Shown here in pieces: positions 1 through 9,137 of a stretch of DNA of 20,289 nucleotides (positions are counted from its first letter, which is position 1; every line of letters begins with the position of its first letter). The notes beneath the pieces are model-generated. The model did no database searches. It was not told the origin of the DNA and worked only from the letters and a program-made list of their open reading frames with translations. The stretch is from Deltaproteobacteria bacterium TL4 (GTDB lineage: Bacteria; SAR324; NAC60-12): the NCBI GenBank assembly GCA_051382335.1, contig JBBCAX010000227.1, positions 1-20,289 on the forward strand, written 5' to 3'. The translations under genes were made by a program, and so were the position numbers.

Positions 1-132
1 GACTTGATTGGACAGGTTAGAGCCTTTCAATTAATGCTTAAGCAAACTCAGAACTCAAAAGAAGAGTTGATGGCGAAAACAATGGAAGAATTAGAGTTGA
101 TGCTTAAGCAACTGAAACAGCAACTATCGTAG
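1..132 (+). CDS. 3' end of a gene entering from the left (helical C-terminus, product unknown)
   Basis: Frame 1 is open from base 1 to TAG at 130-132: DLIGQVRAFQLMLKQTQNSKEELMAKTMEELELMLKQLKQQLS*. Confidence 0.7.
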   Translation, partial: DLIGQVRAFQLMLKQTQNSKEELMAKTMEELELMLKQLKQQLS

Positions 133-279
133 TTGTTGAGCTTTTCTGTATTTTATTACGAGAACACTCCAGAAAGTTGAATTAACCTCTTCCCCTTCAA
201 TGTTCCTATTTAAGGAATATTTGCCTTGTTTGGTTTTTGGTGTTTAGGTACGTTGCCGATGTACCCCTTAAATCGAAAC

Positions 280-473
280 TATAGACGTTCATTTAAATAA
301 ATTCATTTGAGTCTAATTCAGACTGTGGAGTGCCAAAGCTTGCTTTGGCCAAATCCAAAGAAAGGCCTTCGCCTTTCTGGCCAAAGCAAGCTTTGGCACT
401 CCTGAAACAGCGTTGTTTAAACGGATCACGCGACAGGATGAGTTTTCTGAATATATTTAAATGAACCTCTATA
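280..473. mobile_element. MITE-like element A, copy 1 (TATA-ended TIRs, internal REP doublet)
   Basis: Left end CTATAGACGTTCATTTAAATAAATTCA (279-305) matches the reverse complement of the right end (448-474) at 25/27 positions. A second copy at 14193-14384 differs by 9 substitutions and a 2-nt indel. Confidence 0.85.
327..402. repeat. Inverted GGAG-type REP doublet (REPIN-like) inside element A
   Basis: Perfect 25-bp inverted repeat GGAGTGCCAAAGCTTGCTTTGGCCA (327-351 / 378-402). Each arm is itself a hairpin, GCCAAAGC-TT-GCTTTGGC, preceded by GGAG. Confidence 0.8.
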
Positions 474-544
474 GAGGTAATTATAGCCTTTTTTTTGGTA
501 AAAGACAGTTTCATTCTTTGTTGTGATTTTTTTTATCATGTATA

Positions 545-558
545 TTAAGTGGGTAGCC
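545..558. repeat. Solo terminal repeat of element family B
   Basis: TTAAGTGGGTAGCC is the exact reverse complement of GGCTACCCACTTAA at 16439-16452; no convincing partner end was found. Confidence 0.6.
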
Positions 559-656
559 TAAGTAAGAATAGGTTGTTCCCCTGTTTTGTTCGGGAGCGAG
601 TTGAACGGACGAAAACAGGATCAGACCCGATCATTAATTTTAGAGAAGAGGAAACC

Positions 657-1526
657 ATGGAAAACGTGCTTGGTGAGTTGTTGCGTTTGTTGGAACTGGA
701 AAAAATTGAAGAAAATTATTTTCGAGGCAATAGCCAGGATTTAGGCTTTCGAAGCGTCTTTGGCGGACAAGTTCTGGGACAAGCCTTGGTTGCCGCGAAA
801 AATACGGTTGAAAATCGCAGGATTCATTCCTTACATGGCTATTTCCTCAGGCCTGGTGACGCTCAACACCCCATTATGTACACCGTTGACAGAATCCGGG
901 ATGGAAAAAGTTTCACCACTCGACGTGTTGTCGCGGTTCAAAAAGGGAATGCCATTTTTAATATGTCGGCCTCCTTTCAAATTGAAGAATCGGGTTTTGA
1001 ACATCAAGCGGAAATGCCCGATGTTCCTGGTCCGGAAGGTCTGATGTCTGAGTTGGAAATGGCAATCAAAGTGAAAGAACACATTCATGAAAAAGTACGG
1101 GATAAGTTCACTTGTGTGCGCCCTGTTGAAATAAGACCGATTGATCCTGTCAATTATTTCACCCCTGAAAAAAGAAAACCTGTTAAATATCACTGGTTTC
1201 GAACGGTTGCCCCCTTACCTGATGATCGGACCGCGCATGAATGCCTGTTAGCCTATGCTTCTGATTTTGGATTACTGGGAACCTGTCTGCTTCCGCATGG
1301 GGTTACCTGGGCACAAAGAGGGATGCAAGTCACCAGTTTGGACCACGCCATGTGGTTCCATCATGATTTTCGAATGGATGACTGGTTATTATATGCGATG
1401 GAAAGTCCAAGTTCCTCACATGCGCTGGGGCTGAATCAAGGGAACGTCTTTACCAGGGAAGGGAAATTAGTGGCTACCGTGACACAGGAAGGTTTAATTC
1501 GACGTCATCCTCAGAAAACCTCATGA
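657..1526 (+). CDS. tesB: Acyl-CoA thioesterase II
   Basis: Motifs VFGGQVLGQAL, HSLHGYFLRPGD, RDGKSFTTRRV, LAYASDF, SLDHAMWFH, QEGLIR. Start moved to ATG 657, which follows a GAGGA RBS. Confidence 0.95.
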   Translation: MENVLGELLRLLELEKIEENYFRGNSQDLGFRSVFGGQVLGQALVAAKNTVENRRIHSLHGYFLRPGDAQHPIMYTVDRIRDGKSFTTRRVVAVQKGNAIFNMSASFQIEESGFEHQAEMPDVPGPEGLMSELEMAIKVKEHIHEKVRDKFTCVRPVEIRPIDPVNYFTPEKRKPVKYHWFRTVAPLPDDRTAHECLLAYASDFGLLGTCLLPHGVTWAQRGMQVTSLDHAMWFHHDFRMDDWLLYAMESPSSSHALGLNQGNVFTREGKLVATVTQEGLIRRHPQKTS

Positions 1527-1561
1527 GGAATTTGACGAATGCTCAAAAAGCATCAGGCGGA

Positions 1562-1587
1562 GCAATGCTTGAGGCTTCAAGCATTGC
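1562..1587. terminator. Hairpin between convergent genes
   Basis: GCAATGCTTGA-GGCT-TCAAGCATTGC, a perfect 11-bp stem overlapping the stop of the minus-strand gene; no clear U-tract. Confidence 0.45.
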
Positions 1588-3955
1588 CCTGTGGACGTGG
1601 AGAACTCTTTATGTCTTTTTGTAGGGAACGAATGGCTTTCGTTAAATGCTCCTCATTAAACTTTTGATTTTCCCACAGATCAATCTCTGTCTCGATTTCT
1701 GTATCGATCCTCCGTTTAGGTAGCAGTTTGCCATATCTCAAAATTTTTTCGGCAAAATGCTTTGGAATACGGCCTTGTTGAACCAGGAGGAGGAGGTATT
1801 TCTTATGCTGAAAGAAACGATCATTATTTTCTTCTTTTAAAGGAAGTTTTAAAAATTGATTGATGGACAATTGAAAGGGGTTATTTTTTATGAGGCCTGA
1901 AACTTTATACTTGTTGATGAAGGGGTCAACGATGTTGATCAATCTCAGGTAAGCAATGGATTCCCCGGAGTAGATGGCGATTTGCGCTTGGGTTGGATGC
2001 GTTTTGATATGGTCCGTCAGGATTTTGTACTCTCCCTTTCGGATCAAGCCTTTTGAAAGCATCAAGCTGAGGAATTTTAATTTATCCTGGCTCAGGACGT
2101 TGCTGCGGACAAACACGCCCATATCCACGATGAAGGCATAGTTTTCTCTCAAAGGAAATTCTATTTTTCGTAATAAGAGGTCCTCAAGATCAAGGGCCAG
2201 AATTTTACTTTCCACGTTTTCAGCTTCATCTTCTTCAACTTCAACAGCTTCAAAAACTTCCAGTCCGCCGGTAAATATTTCCCCTTTAACCAAAACTCGT
2301 TGTTTGATGATTTCCAGTTGTTTCTGGCAGATGGTATGGACCTGCTGTTTGAGTTGAATGATTTCTAGCGGTTCAATGACCGATTCAAAATTCTGGAAAA
2401 GTTCCGTTTGAAATTCTGAAAAGAAAGCGTGGACTGAATTAAAAGAAATCGTAGCAGCATCAACGGGAATCTGTAGGAGTTCAAAGATTGTCGTGAATTC
2501 CCGATTAAAATTTTCAAACCGTTCTTCAGGCGGAAGGGGGGTCATGATATTTTTAAGGGATTTCAGATAAAGAGGTCTAAGGTGTTGCAACTCCTCACTG
2601 TTGTGTATGGATTTAAATAAATCATGCAGGGTTTCGAGTTGTGAATTGATTTTTTGATGCTTCTCATTGTTGATGCCTGTCAGCAAAAGGCTTCTCTCAG
2701 TGATCCGCTCACGAATGATCGTCTTTAAAACCTCAAGGATATCCAACACACTTTTGGACTGAGAAGGGTGCGTTTCATAAAAACTCTCCAACTTTAAAAG
2801 CTGTTCGGGATAATTCTTACTCAAGTCCTTAAATAAATTTTGAATATAAGCAAGGTTATGGGTTTGTTTTAAGATCCGAAGCAGTTTATCGAAATAAAAA
2901 GCCGTTAATACCGATGCGGTTTCAAAAATTCTGTTACTATTACTCCTTAAGATGTGTTCATTAAACATTTTCCGCAGATGCACTTCATTGGAACAATCCA
3001 GCAGAAGAGAGATAAATAAAACAAAATTGGGAGGAGAAAATGTGTCAAACTCTTCTATCTTTTTTTTGAGCGATTGTATTGCGGGCGAACCCGGAGAGGC
3101 TAATGAAAACTCAACAAAAAAAGGGCAATGATTTTCTATTTCAAGAAAATGCTTTTGCCTCAAGTACGGATGATTTAATTTATCCACAGATTGTTTGAAT
3201 TGTTTTAATTTGCTCCAACGATATTTTTCTTTAACGATGTGAGTCTTGTACATCATCAAATTAATCAGATTCTGCTTGATCATTTCATACATATTTAAAG
3301 AAATGGTGGGGGAGTTACATTCCTTTAAAAAATAAAAATAGTAATGACAGGAGATATTAATCAGTCCTTCCGCGATAAACGAGTTTTCCAAACAAATGGC
3401 AGGATCTTCGGATTCGGGGAAAAAATAATTGCCATGATTGATTTGCAGATCATTTTCGATGATACTGTAGAGGTCTCCGGGTTTGTCATGAATAATGAGT
3501 TCATCATCTTCATAAAGCGACTCTTCCTTACCATCAAGCAGATTCTTTATCACAAACTTAAGGGCATTCTGTATTTGCGTTATATTGAATCGACTCCAAT
3601 AAATAATCCAAGTGATGCTAAGGGGATTGAGTAACCGCAACAATTGATTATCCGTTTGAAGCGCTGGTTTCTGTGTGAGTTGATATTGCAGATTATTGAT
3701 AAACCCGGGAAACAAACGTGTCACCGCATGAATGTTATTGTCGGGTTCAAATTTTTTATAAACTTCTCTATTCTGGAGATAACGTTTTTTTTGCTCAGCC
3801 AAACCTTCATTGATTTGAAATCGAATAGGGTGAAGTTGCTCTATGGCAGGAAGCGCCAGTTCTTGGCTACCAGGGATTTTTTTTACTTCTTCGATGAACT
3901 GATTAAAAACATCGGTCATTTCAGAAAGGGGTTCATGGGCCATAGCATTCATCAA
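1577..3955 (-). CDS. Large, probably alpha-helical hypothetical protein (about 790 aa)
   Basis: 2.4-kb uninterrupted ORF in AT-rich DNA; Leu/Ile/Glu/Lys-rich with no recognisable catalytic motif; exact start uncertain. Confidence 0.85.
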   Translation of the reverse strand: MMNAMAHEPLSEMTDVFNQFIEEVKKIPGSQELALPAIEQLHPIRFQINEGLAEQKKRYLQNREVYKKFEPDNNIHAVTRLFPGFINNLQYQLTQKPALQTDNQLLRLLNPLSITWIIYWSRFNITQIQNALKFVIKNLLDGKEESLYEDDELIIHDKPGDLYSIIENDLQINHGNYFFPESEDPAICLENSFIAEGLINISCHYYFYFLKECNSPTISLNMYEMIKQNLINLMMYKTHIVKEKYRWSKLKQFKQSVDKLNHPYLRQKHFLEIENHCPFFVEFSLASPGSPAIQSLKKKIEEFDTFSPPNFVLFISLLLDCSNEVHLRKMFNEHILRSNSNRIFETASVLTAFYFDKLLRILKQTHNLAYIQNLFKDLSKNYPEQLLKLESFYETHPSQSKSVLDILEVLKTIIRERITERSLLLTGINNEKHQKINSQLETLHDLFKSIHNSEELQHLRPLYLKSLKNIMTPLPPEERFENFNREFTTIFELLQIPVDAATISFNSVHAFFSEFQTELFQNFESVIEPLEIIQLKQQVHTICQKQLEIIKQRVLVKGEIFTGGLEVFEAVEVEEDEAENVESKILALDLEDLLLRKIEFPLRENYAFIVDMGVFVRSNVLSQDKLKFLSLMLSKGLIRKGEYKILTDHIKTHPTQAQIAIYSGESIAYLRLINIVDPFINKYKVSGLIKNNPFQLSINQFLKLPLKEENNDRFFQHKKYLLLLVQQGRIPKHFAEKILRYGKLLPKRRIDTEIETEIDLWENQKFNEEHLTKAIRSLQKDIKSSPRPQGNA

Positions 3956-4094
3956 AAGGCAGACAGGTTAGCGAAGACTATGAGGGGATGGCTTGAGTAA
4001 AACAGACAATGCGTTGATGGATTGGTTCGCACAAAGTCGTCCAAGATAAAAGATTTGGTAACATCGAATGAATGAGAACTCCATCATGAAATTT

Positions 4095-5027
4095 CTATAA
4101 TCCCAACTCTGCCAACAAATCATCTACAGAGCTTTGGTCAACCGGATTGTTTCCTGAAATCAAACTTTCTGAAACAACATTTCCATAACTTTTCATATCA
4201 GAGGGTTCGTAGATCGACTCTAAATATTTTTTTGAGGTTGAATCAAGACTATTCGTCAAACGTTCAAAAAGTTTTTCAAGATTATGTAAAGAGGCAAATA
4301 TTTTTTGATTGGTTAAATCACCTATTTGAGTTTCATTCAAGGCCTTATTGGCAATTTCGTGAATTTGTTCGGCCCGGCGAGTATTATTTCTAATCTCATC
4401 GCCGATACAAATAATTTGATCCAAATATTCTGAAATTTGAGAAATAGAGGTGTTCGATTGATCCCGTATATCATGGAGACTCCCTTCCAAGCGTTTTTTT
4501 AAGTCTAATATTTCATGGATCGCCTGAAACGCCTTTACAATCACTAACCGGTCTTTCAAAGTGGTTAACGCTCGTATCAGATGACGAAAATACAAAGTCG
4601 CGATATAGATGGCATTATAATTTTCCACAGGAATTCCGATCACTTCCATGACGTAATTTCCTTCAAAAAACAATTCTTTGTTATGGACAATGTAGCGGAA
4701 CTTGCCCGATTCTTCAGCTTCCAACACGTGTCCCATCTCTTCATCCAGCTCCGCCTCCGTCATTTCCCCAGTGTTATTTCCCATGATGACCGGGATCGCT
4801 TCTCCGACACGCCAGACTCTGAGCGTTCCATTAAAACTCTTGTGATACTCTTCAATAACACAGTCCACCATTTCGTCAGGATCAAATAATTCCATCAGTT
4901 TCAGGGAGCAATGCAGTACATCCGCCAAGTAGGAACTTTCATCAATGAGTGAAAGAACAATATCTGATAAATCAACATTGCTATCATCCTTCAGGGATTC
5001 TTTGATTTCTTCTTTACTTTTTGTCAT
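4095..5027 (-). CDS. CheZ-like phosphatase with an N-terminal extension
   Basis: TQIGDLTNQKI contains the CheZ DxxxQ motif. The C-terminus VDQSSVDDLLAELGL resembles the CheZ CheY-binding tail (QDQVDDLLDSLGF). Coiled-coil core. Confidence 0.7.
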   Translation of the reverse strand: MTKSKEEIKESLKDDSNVDLSDIVLSLIDESSYLADVLHCSLKLMELFDPDEMVDCVIEEYHKSFNGTLRVWRVGEAIPVIMGNNTGEMTEAELDEEMGHVLEAEESGKFRYIVHNKELFFEGNYVMEVIGIPVENYNAIYIATLYFRHLIRALTTLKDRLVIVKAFQAIHEILDLKKRLEGSLHDIRDQSNTSISQISEYLDQIICIGDEIRNNTRRAEQIHEIANKALNETQIGDLTNQKIFASLHNLEKLFERLTNSLDSTSKKYLESIYEPSDMKSYGNVVSESLISGNNPVDQSSVDDLLAELGL

Positions 5028-5139
5028 AACGAGTTAATCATTTAAGGGGAATATAATAAGTTTCTGTTCCATGCAGAATTTTTTAAACAATCATTTCAAG
5101 TATAGCTGCGGTCTTTCAATTAATGTTCCATTTTCAGAT

Positions 5140-5370
5140 CTAGAGCCTTTTTACCATAAAGTGACTCCCCTCTTTTTCACTATTCACTGCAGAAATTTTT
5201 CCTGGAAAATCTGATTCTTTTTGCAAATCATCATTAACCATCATCATTTCAATCGCACTGGAATCACTATAAACCCTCACGTCCGCTTTATCAGGGTTTT
5301 CTTGAAAATATTTGGCAACATAGACCCTTAATGCTTTTTTGCAATACTCCATCATTTCAAAATCAAACAT
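5140..5370 (-). CDS. Small hypothetical protein (76 aa)
   Basis: ATG preceded by a GAGGA RBS; protein-like composition; same orientation as neighbours. Confidence 0.7.
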   Translation of the reverse strand: MFDFEMMEYCKKALRVYVAKYFQENPDKADVRVYSDSSAIEMMMVNDDLQKESDFPGKISAVNSEKEGSHFMVKRL

Positions 5371-5723
5371 AGCTCATCCTCAATTAAAAGGTCTCCACGT
5401 AAAGTAAGGTATAAAGGTGTCTTCTCATCTATATATCACTATGTTGATCCAGGAAGCAACAGTTGATCGCAACTTTTGTGATTATAACTGTCAAAAAGTT
5501 TTGTCCTAATCGCCTACAAGCGTTTGTGCTCTGATGAAAAACACCGCATCCCCCGAAAAATCAAGCAATTCTGATGACACCGGTCGATAATTCTCTGCTT
5601 ACTACCAGAGTTCAGACCATGTCGTACAATTCGGGCGTGGACTTGTGCAAAGGGTGTAGAGAAGTGTGCTGAGTGTCTTGATTGTTGGATCGTGCGAAAT
5701 ATTTAAGCTGCTTAACGTAGGGG

Positions 5724-5754
5724 AGAAAAGAGGGAAAGTGGCGTCCTTTCCCTC
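5724..5754 (-). terminator. Intrinsic terminator
   Basis: 9-bp stem GAGGGAAAG/CTTTCCCTC (5730-5754) followed on the minus strand by TTTTCT, 14 nt after the stop of the 53-aa ORF. Confidence 0.6.
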
Positions 5755-5768
5755 AATACAGACAGACA

Positions 5769-5930
5769 TTAGACTTGTTTTCTTAAATAAATAACCACTT
5801 CTTCCAATGCCCGAAGTGAATTATCGATAGGCTCCACCGTATATGGAAAACTATCAGAAAATTCTTCCATTTTTTTTATATCAATTTTACATGACTTGAT
5901 TAGCCTTTGAGCTTCCGCTTTTCGAATCAT
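5769..5930 (-). CDS. Small protein (53 aa), below the ORF-track cutoff
   Basis: Hand-translated MIRKAEAQRLIKSCKIDIKKMEEFSDSFPYTVEPIDNSLRALEEVVIYLRKQV*. AAGGGA lies upstream of the ATG and a terminator follows. Confidence 0.65.
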   Translation of the reverse strand: MIRKAEAQRLIKSCKIDIKKMEEFSDSFPYTVEPIDNSLRALEEVVIYLRKQV

Positions 5931-6472
5931 ATTTCTGATCCCTTTCTTAATGATTAATCACATGATATGGATGAAACATCCAGTTTGCCATCCTAATTAT
6001 TTATACAAAGCAATGTCCAGTCCTTTTTAAAGGATATTCCTTTTATAAAACGACTCAGCTGGATAATACAAGTTTATATAATATGAGAAACTCACTAAAT
6101 TTATTAGTTTTTTTGCTATTTTTAAATTTAAAGTGCAGACCAAAAAAATATTTTTTTGGTATCCTGTTCAAAAATCAGGGTAGTTTTTCAATTTCATTAA
6201 AAGGGCGTTGTTGCTGTTTGGATAAACAAGTATTCGTCTTGAATGAAAACATCCGAAATAAACGATGGATGATTGCCTAAAACTTCTGCCTTTCTGCTTT
6301 CAGCCTTTGTACCTAGTAGTTACAAAGTCTCAAAATTTGAATTTCCTGGATTGAAAAGCATCAGATAACAGGTTATAAGACCAATTATTATTAGTCTGCC
6401 TTTGCGAAATGGTTTGTTGAGCCCGCTTACTGAGCCAGTTTGCAGTATCACCCTCAATTGGAAAGGAATAGT

Positions 6473-7792
6473 ATGGCACAATCACCGATAGGATTAGCAC
6501 TTGAGTTTCTGAGCCGTTTTTCGGAATCAGAAACTGTGGATAAGATGGGATTACGGGAACCCGCCAAAAAATTGCTTTATCATGGGATGCGAACCAGTGT
6601 TAAAGCTGGAGCCATGGCACAATCTCAGTTCAAAACGATAAAGAAACTTCTTCCGGGGCAGCAACTGGCGCGTGTCAAGAGTTCACAAGCCTCACCTTTT
6701 GATCTCACCCTAACAGAGGAGCAGGAGCTTGTACGAGATACCCTTCACCAGTTTGCACTTCAAAATATGCGTCCCGTTGCCCAAGAGGCGGATCGACAGA
6801 GAAAAATTCCAGAGGGCTATCTTGCTCAGTGTCAGGAAATCGGAATCACCCTGATGGCTATTCCTGAAGCCATCGATGGTGCTGGAAATACACGTTCTCC
6901 TCTCTCAAATACGTTATTGGCGGAAGATATGTCATGGGGCGATATGTCCCTGGCACTGGTCCCTCTTGCGTCTCTGGGATTCGTTAACGCGTTAACAGAA
7001 TTTGGTTCTGTAGCACAACAAACCCATTATCTTCCCGCCTTTACAGAAGAAGCCTTCGTTGGTGGCTGCCTTGCGTTGATGGAACCTAAAATTCGTTTTG
7101 ATTATAGTCAATTAGAGACTCGGGCTTCACCTCAAAGGGAGAGCTATACGCTCAACGGAATTAAAACGATGGTTCCTTTGGGAGCGCAAAATAAAGTGGT
7201 GTTGGTTTTCGCGAAAGTTCCAGGAAAAGGGAGTCGCGGATTTATCGTAGAAACGAATGCGCCTGGTGTGTTTTGGGAAGAGGAAAGACACATGGGGTTG
7301 AAGGCACTCGGTCTGTCACGACTGATTCTCAAAGACGTAACTGTTCCTAAAAACGCAATGCTGGGCGAAGAGGAAGTGGAGTATGATCACCAGCGTATGA
7401 TTGACCTGAGTCGTATCGGAACTTGCGCTTTAGCCTTGGGAACTTGCCAAGCCGTACTCGATTACGTGACTCAATATTGTAATGATCGTGTCGCGTTTGG
7501 TGAGCCTATCAGCAATCGACAAGCGGTGGCCTTTATGATCGCAGATATCGCCATTGAGTTGGAAGGGATGCGTCTGTTAACTTATCGAGCGGCAAGTCGG
7601 GCCGAACAAGGTTTGGATTTTCATAAGGAAGCCTTTTTAGCCCATCTTCAATGCTGTGAACGATCCATGGAAATCGGAACCAATGGAGTTCAGTTACTGG
7701 GAGGACACGGATTTGTTTGTGAACATCCTCTGGAAATGTGGTATCGCCAACTAAGAGCAATCGGTATTCTCGATGGAATCTTTCTGGTTTAA
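6473..7792 (+). CDS. Acyl-CoA dehydrogenase, FadE24-like subunit
   Basis: FDLTLTEEQ, RVAFGEPISNRQAVAFMIADIAIELEGMRLLTYRAASRAEQG, GVQLLGGHGF, WYRQLRAIG closely recall mycobacterial FadE24. Start moved to ATG 6473 after an AAGGA RBS. Confidence 0.9.
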   Translation: MAQSPIGLALEFLSRFSESETVDKMGLREPAKKLLYHGMRTSVKAGAMAQSQFKTIKKLLPGQQLARVKSSQASPFDLTLTEEQELVRDTLHQFALQNMRPVAQEADRQRKIPEGYLAQCQEIGITLMAIPEAIDGAGNTRSPLSNTLLAEDMSWGDMSLALVPLASLGFVNALTEFGSVAQQTHYLPAFTEEAFVGGCLALMEPKIRFDYSQLETRASPQRESYTLNGIKTMVPLGAQNKVVLVFAKVPGKGSRGFIVETNAPGVFWEEERHMGLKALGLSRLILKDVTVPKNAMLGEEEVEYDHQRMIDLSRIGTCALALGTCQAVLDYVTQYCNDRVAFGEPISNRQAVAFMIADIAIELEGMRLLTYRAASRAEQGLDFHKEAFLAHLQCCERSMEIGTNGVQLLGGHGFVCEHPLEMWYRQLRAIGILDGIFLV

Positions 7793-7867
7793 AAATCATG
7801 CACTTAACCTGTAAAAATATACCTTTTATAAGGTTCTATCAATTTTATTAAGCAGAGGATAAAGACT

Positions 7868-9079
7868 ATGATTAATTTAGAAATTCCAAAAAAAATGCAA
7901 AGTGTGGTTTTCCTGGCTCATGAAGTGGCGTCTTCAATGCTTCGTCCCATATCAAGGAAATATGACACAGCGGAACATGCTTACCCCAAAGAACTTGATA
8001 TGTTTGAAGCCATCCTCAATGGGATGGAAGACGGTGGGAGTGGTATGGGAGCCTCAGGGGTTTCCAGAAAAAAAAACGCAGATAACGAAAAACCCAGCAT
8101 TCGTAACGGAAAAAATATCGAGCTGGTACTCAACATGATGGAAATGTGTTGGGGGGACGCGGGTTTGGCGCTTTCTATTCCTGGACAGGGTCTCGGTAAC
8201 GCCGCGATAGCAACCGTGGCAACACCCGAGCAAAAGAAGCGGTTTGGCAAGAAATGGGCGGCTATGGCAATCACTGAGCCCGAAGCCGGTTCTGACTCCG
8301 CCAATGTTCAAACCACAGCCCATCTGGATGGAAATGAGTGGGTTTTGAATGGTGAAAAGATCTTTGTAACGGCAGCAGACCGGGCGAGTTTGATTGTCGT
8401 CTGGGCAACCTTGGACAAAAAACAGGGTAAAGCCGCCATTAAATCCTTTGTTGTTGAAAAGGGAACGCCTGGTTGTGAATTAAGTCGTTTGGAAAATAAA
8501 CTGGGAATTCGCGGTTCTGATACGGGGACGATCATTTTGGATAATTGTCGTATTCCACGAGACAATCTTTTGGGAAATGAAACCGTTGATCCTAAAAAAG
8601 GGTTTGGTGGTGTCATGCAAACATTTGACAATACCCGTCCTTTAGTCGCGGCAATGTCTGTTGGTGTCGCGAGGGCCTCTTTGGAATTAACCTTGGAACT
8701 GTTAAAAAAAGAAGGCATTACCCCTAAATACGACAGGCGGTTGTTCGACAGCAGTGCCATTGAAGCGGAAATCTATAAAATGGAAGCCGAGTTGGAAGCC
8801 GCACGATTGTTGTTAATCAAAGCGGCATGGATGGCGGATAACGGTCGTCCCAACTCCAAAGAAGCGTCTATGGCCAAAGCCAAAGCCGGACGTGTCGGAA
8901 ACCAGATTACGTTGAAATGCGTTCAATTGTGCGGAAGTTTGGGGTATAATGAGGAACATCTGCTCGAAAAATGGGCACGAGATTCAAAGATATTTGACAT
9001 TTTTGAAGGCACGCAACAGATACAGCAACTCATTGTCGCAAGGCGAATCTTGGGTAAGTCCTCCAAGGATTTAAAATAA
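7868..9079 (+). CDS. Acyl-CoA dehydrogenase, FadE23-like subunit
   Basis: MINLEIP..LRPISRKYD..EHAYPKELD N-terminus, AMAITEPEAGSD, LNGEKIFVT, KLGIR, DIFEGTQQIQ (catalytic Glu); GAGGA RBS. Confidence 0.92.
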   Translation: MINLEIPKKMQSVVFLAHEVASSMLRPISRKYDTAEHAYPKELDMFEAILNGMEDGGSGMGASGVSRKKNADNEKPSIRNGKNIELVLNMMEMCWGDAGLALSIPGQGLGNAAIATVATPEQKKRFGKKWAAMAITEPEAGSDSANVQTTAHLDGNEWVLNGEKIFVTAADRASLIVVWATLDKKQGKAAIKSFVVEKGTPGCELSRLENKLGIRGSDTGTIILDNCRIPRDNLLGNETVDPKKGFGGVMQTFDNTRPLVAAMSVGVARASLELTLELLKKEGITPKYDRRLFDSSAIEAEIYKMEAELEAARLLLIKAAWMADNGRPNSKEASMAKAKAGRVGNQITLKCVQLCGSLGYNEEHLLEKWARDSKIFDIFEGTQQIQQLIVARRILGKSSKDLK

Positions 9080-9090
9080 GCATCGCTCTG

Positions 9091-9130
9091 AAAAAACTCC
9101 CCTGATCTTTTGAAAAAGGGGAGTGATTTT
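9091..9130. terminator. Probable bidirectional terminator
   Basis: Stem ACTCCCCT (9096-9103) / AGGGGAGT (9117-9124) with an A-run on the left and GATTTT on the right, between convergent genes. Confidence 0.6.
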
Positions 9131-9137
9131 CTGGAGT

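Noticed and set aside
327..402. CRISPR array
   Set aside because: The repeats are inverted pairs, not direct repeats with spacers, and no cas genes are present.
293..514. 73-aa minus-strand ORF
   Set aside because: Lies over palindromic element A; the AKACFG/AKASFG repeats are just the translated REP arms.
549..656. N-terminal extension of TesB from GTG 549
   Set aside because: The start lies inside a TIR; ATG 657 has an RBS and gives a normal TesB length.
6083..6280. 65-aa plus-strand ORF
   Set aside because: No RBS; low-complexity AT-rich translation in a probable promoter region.
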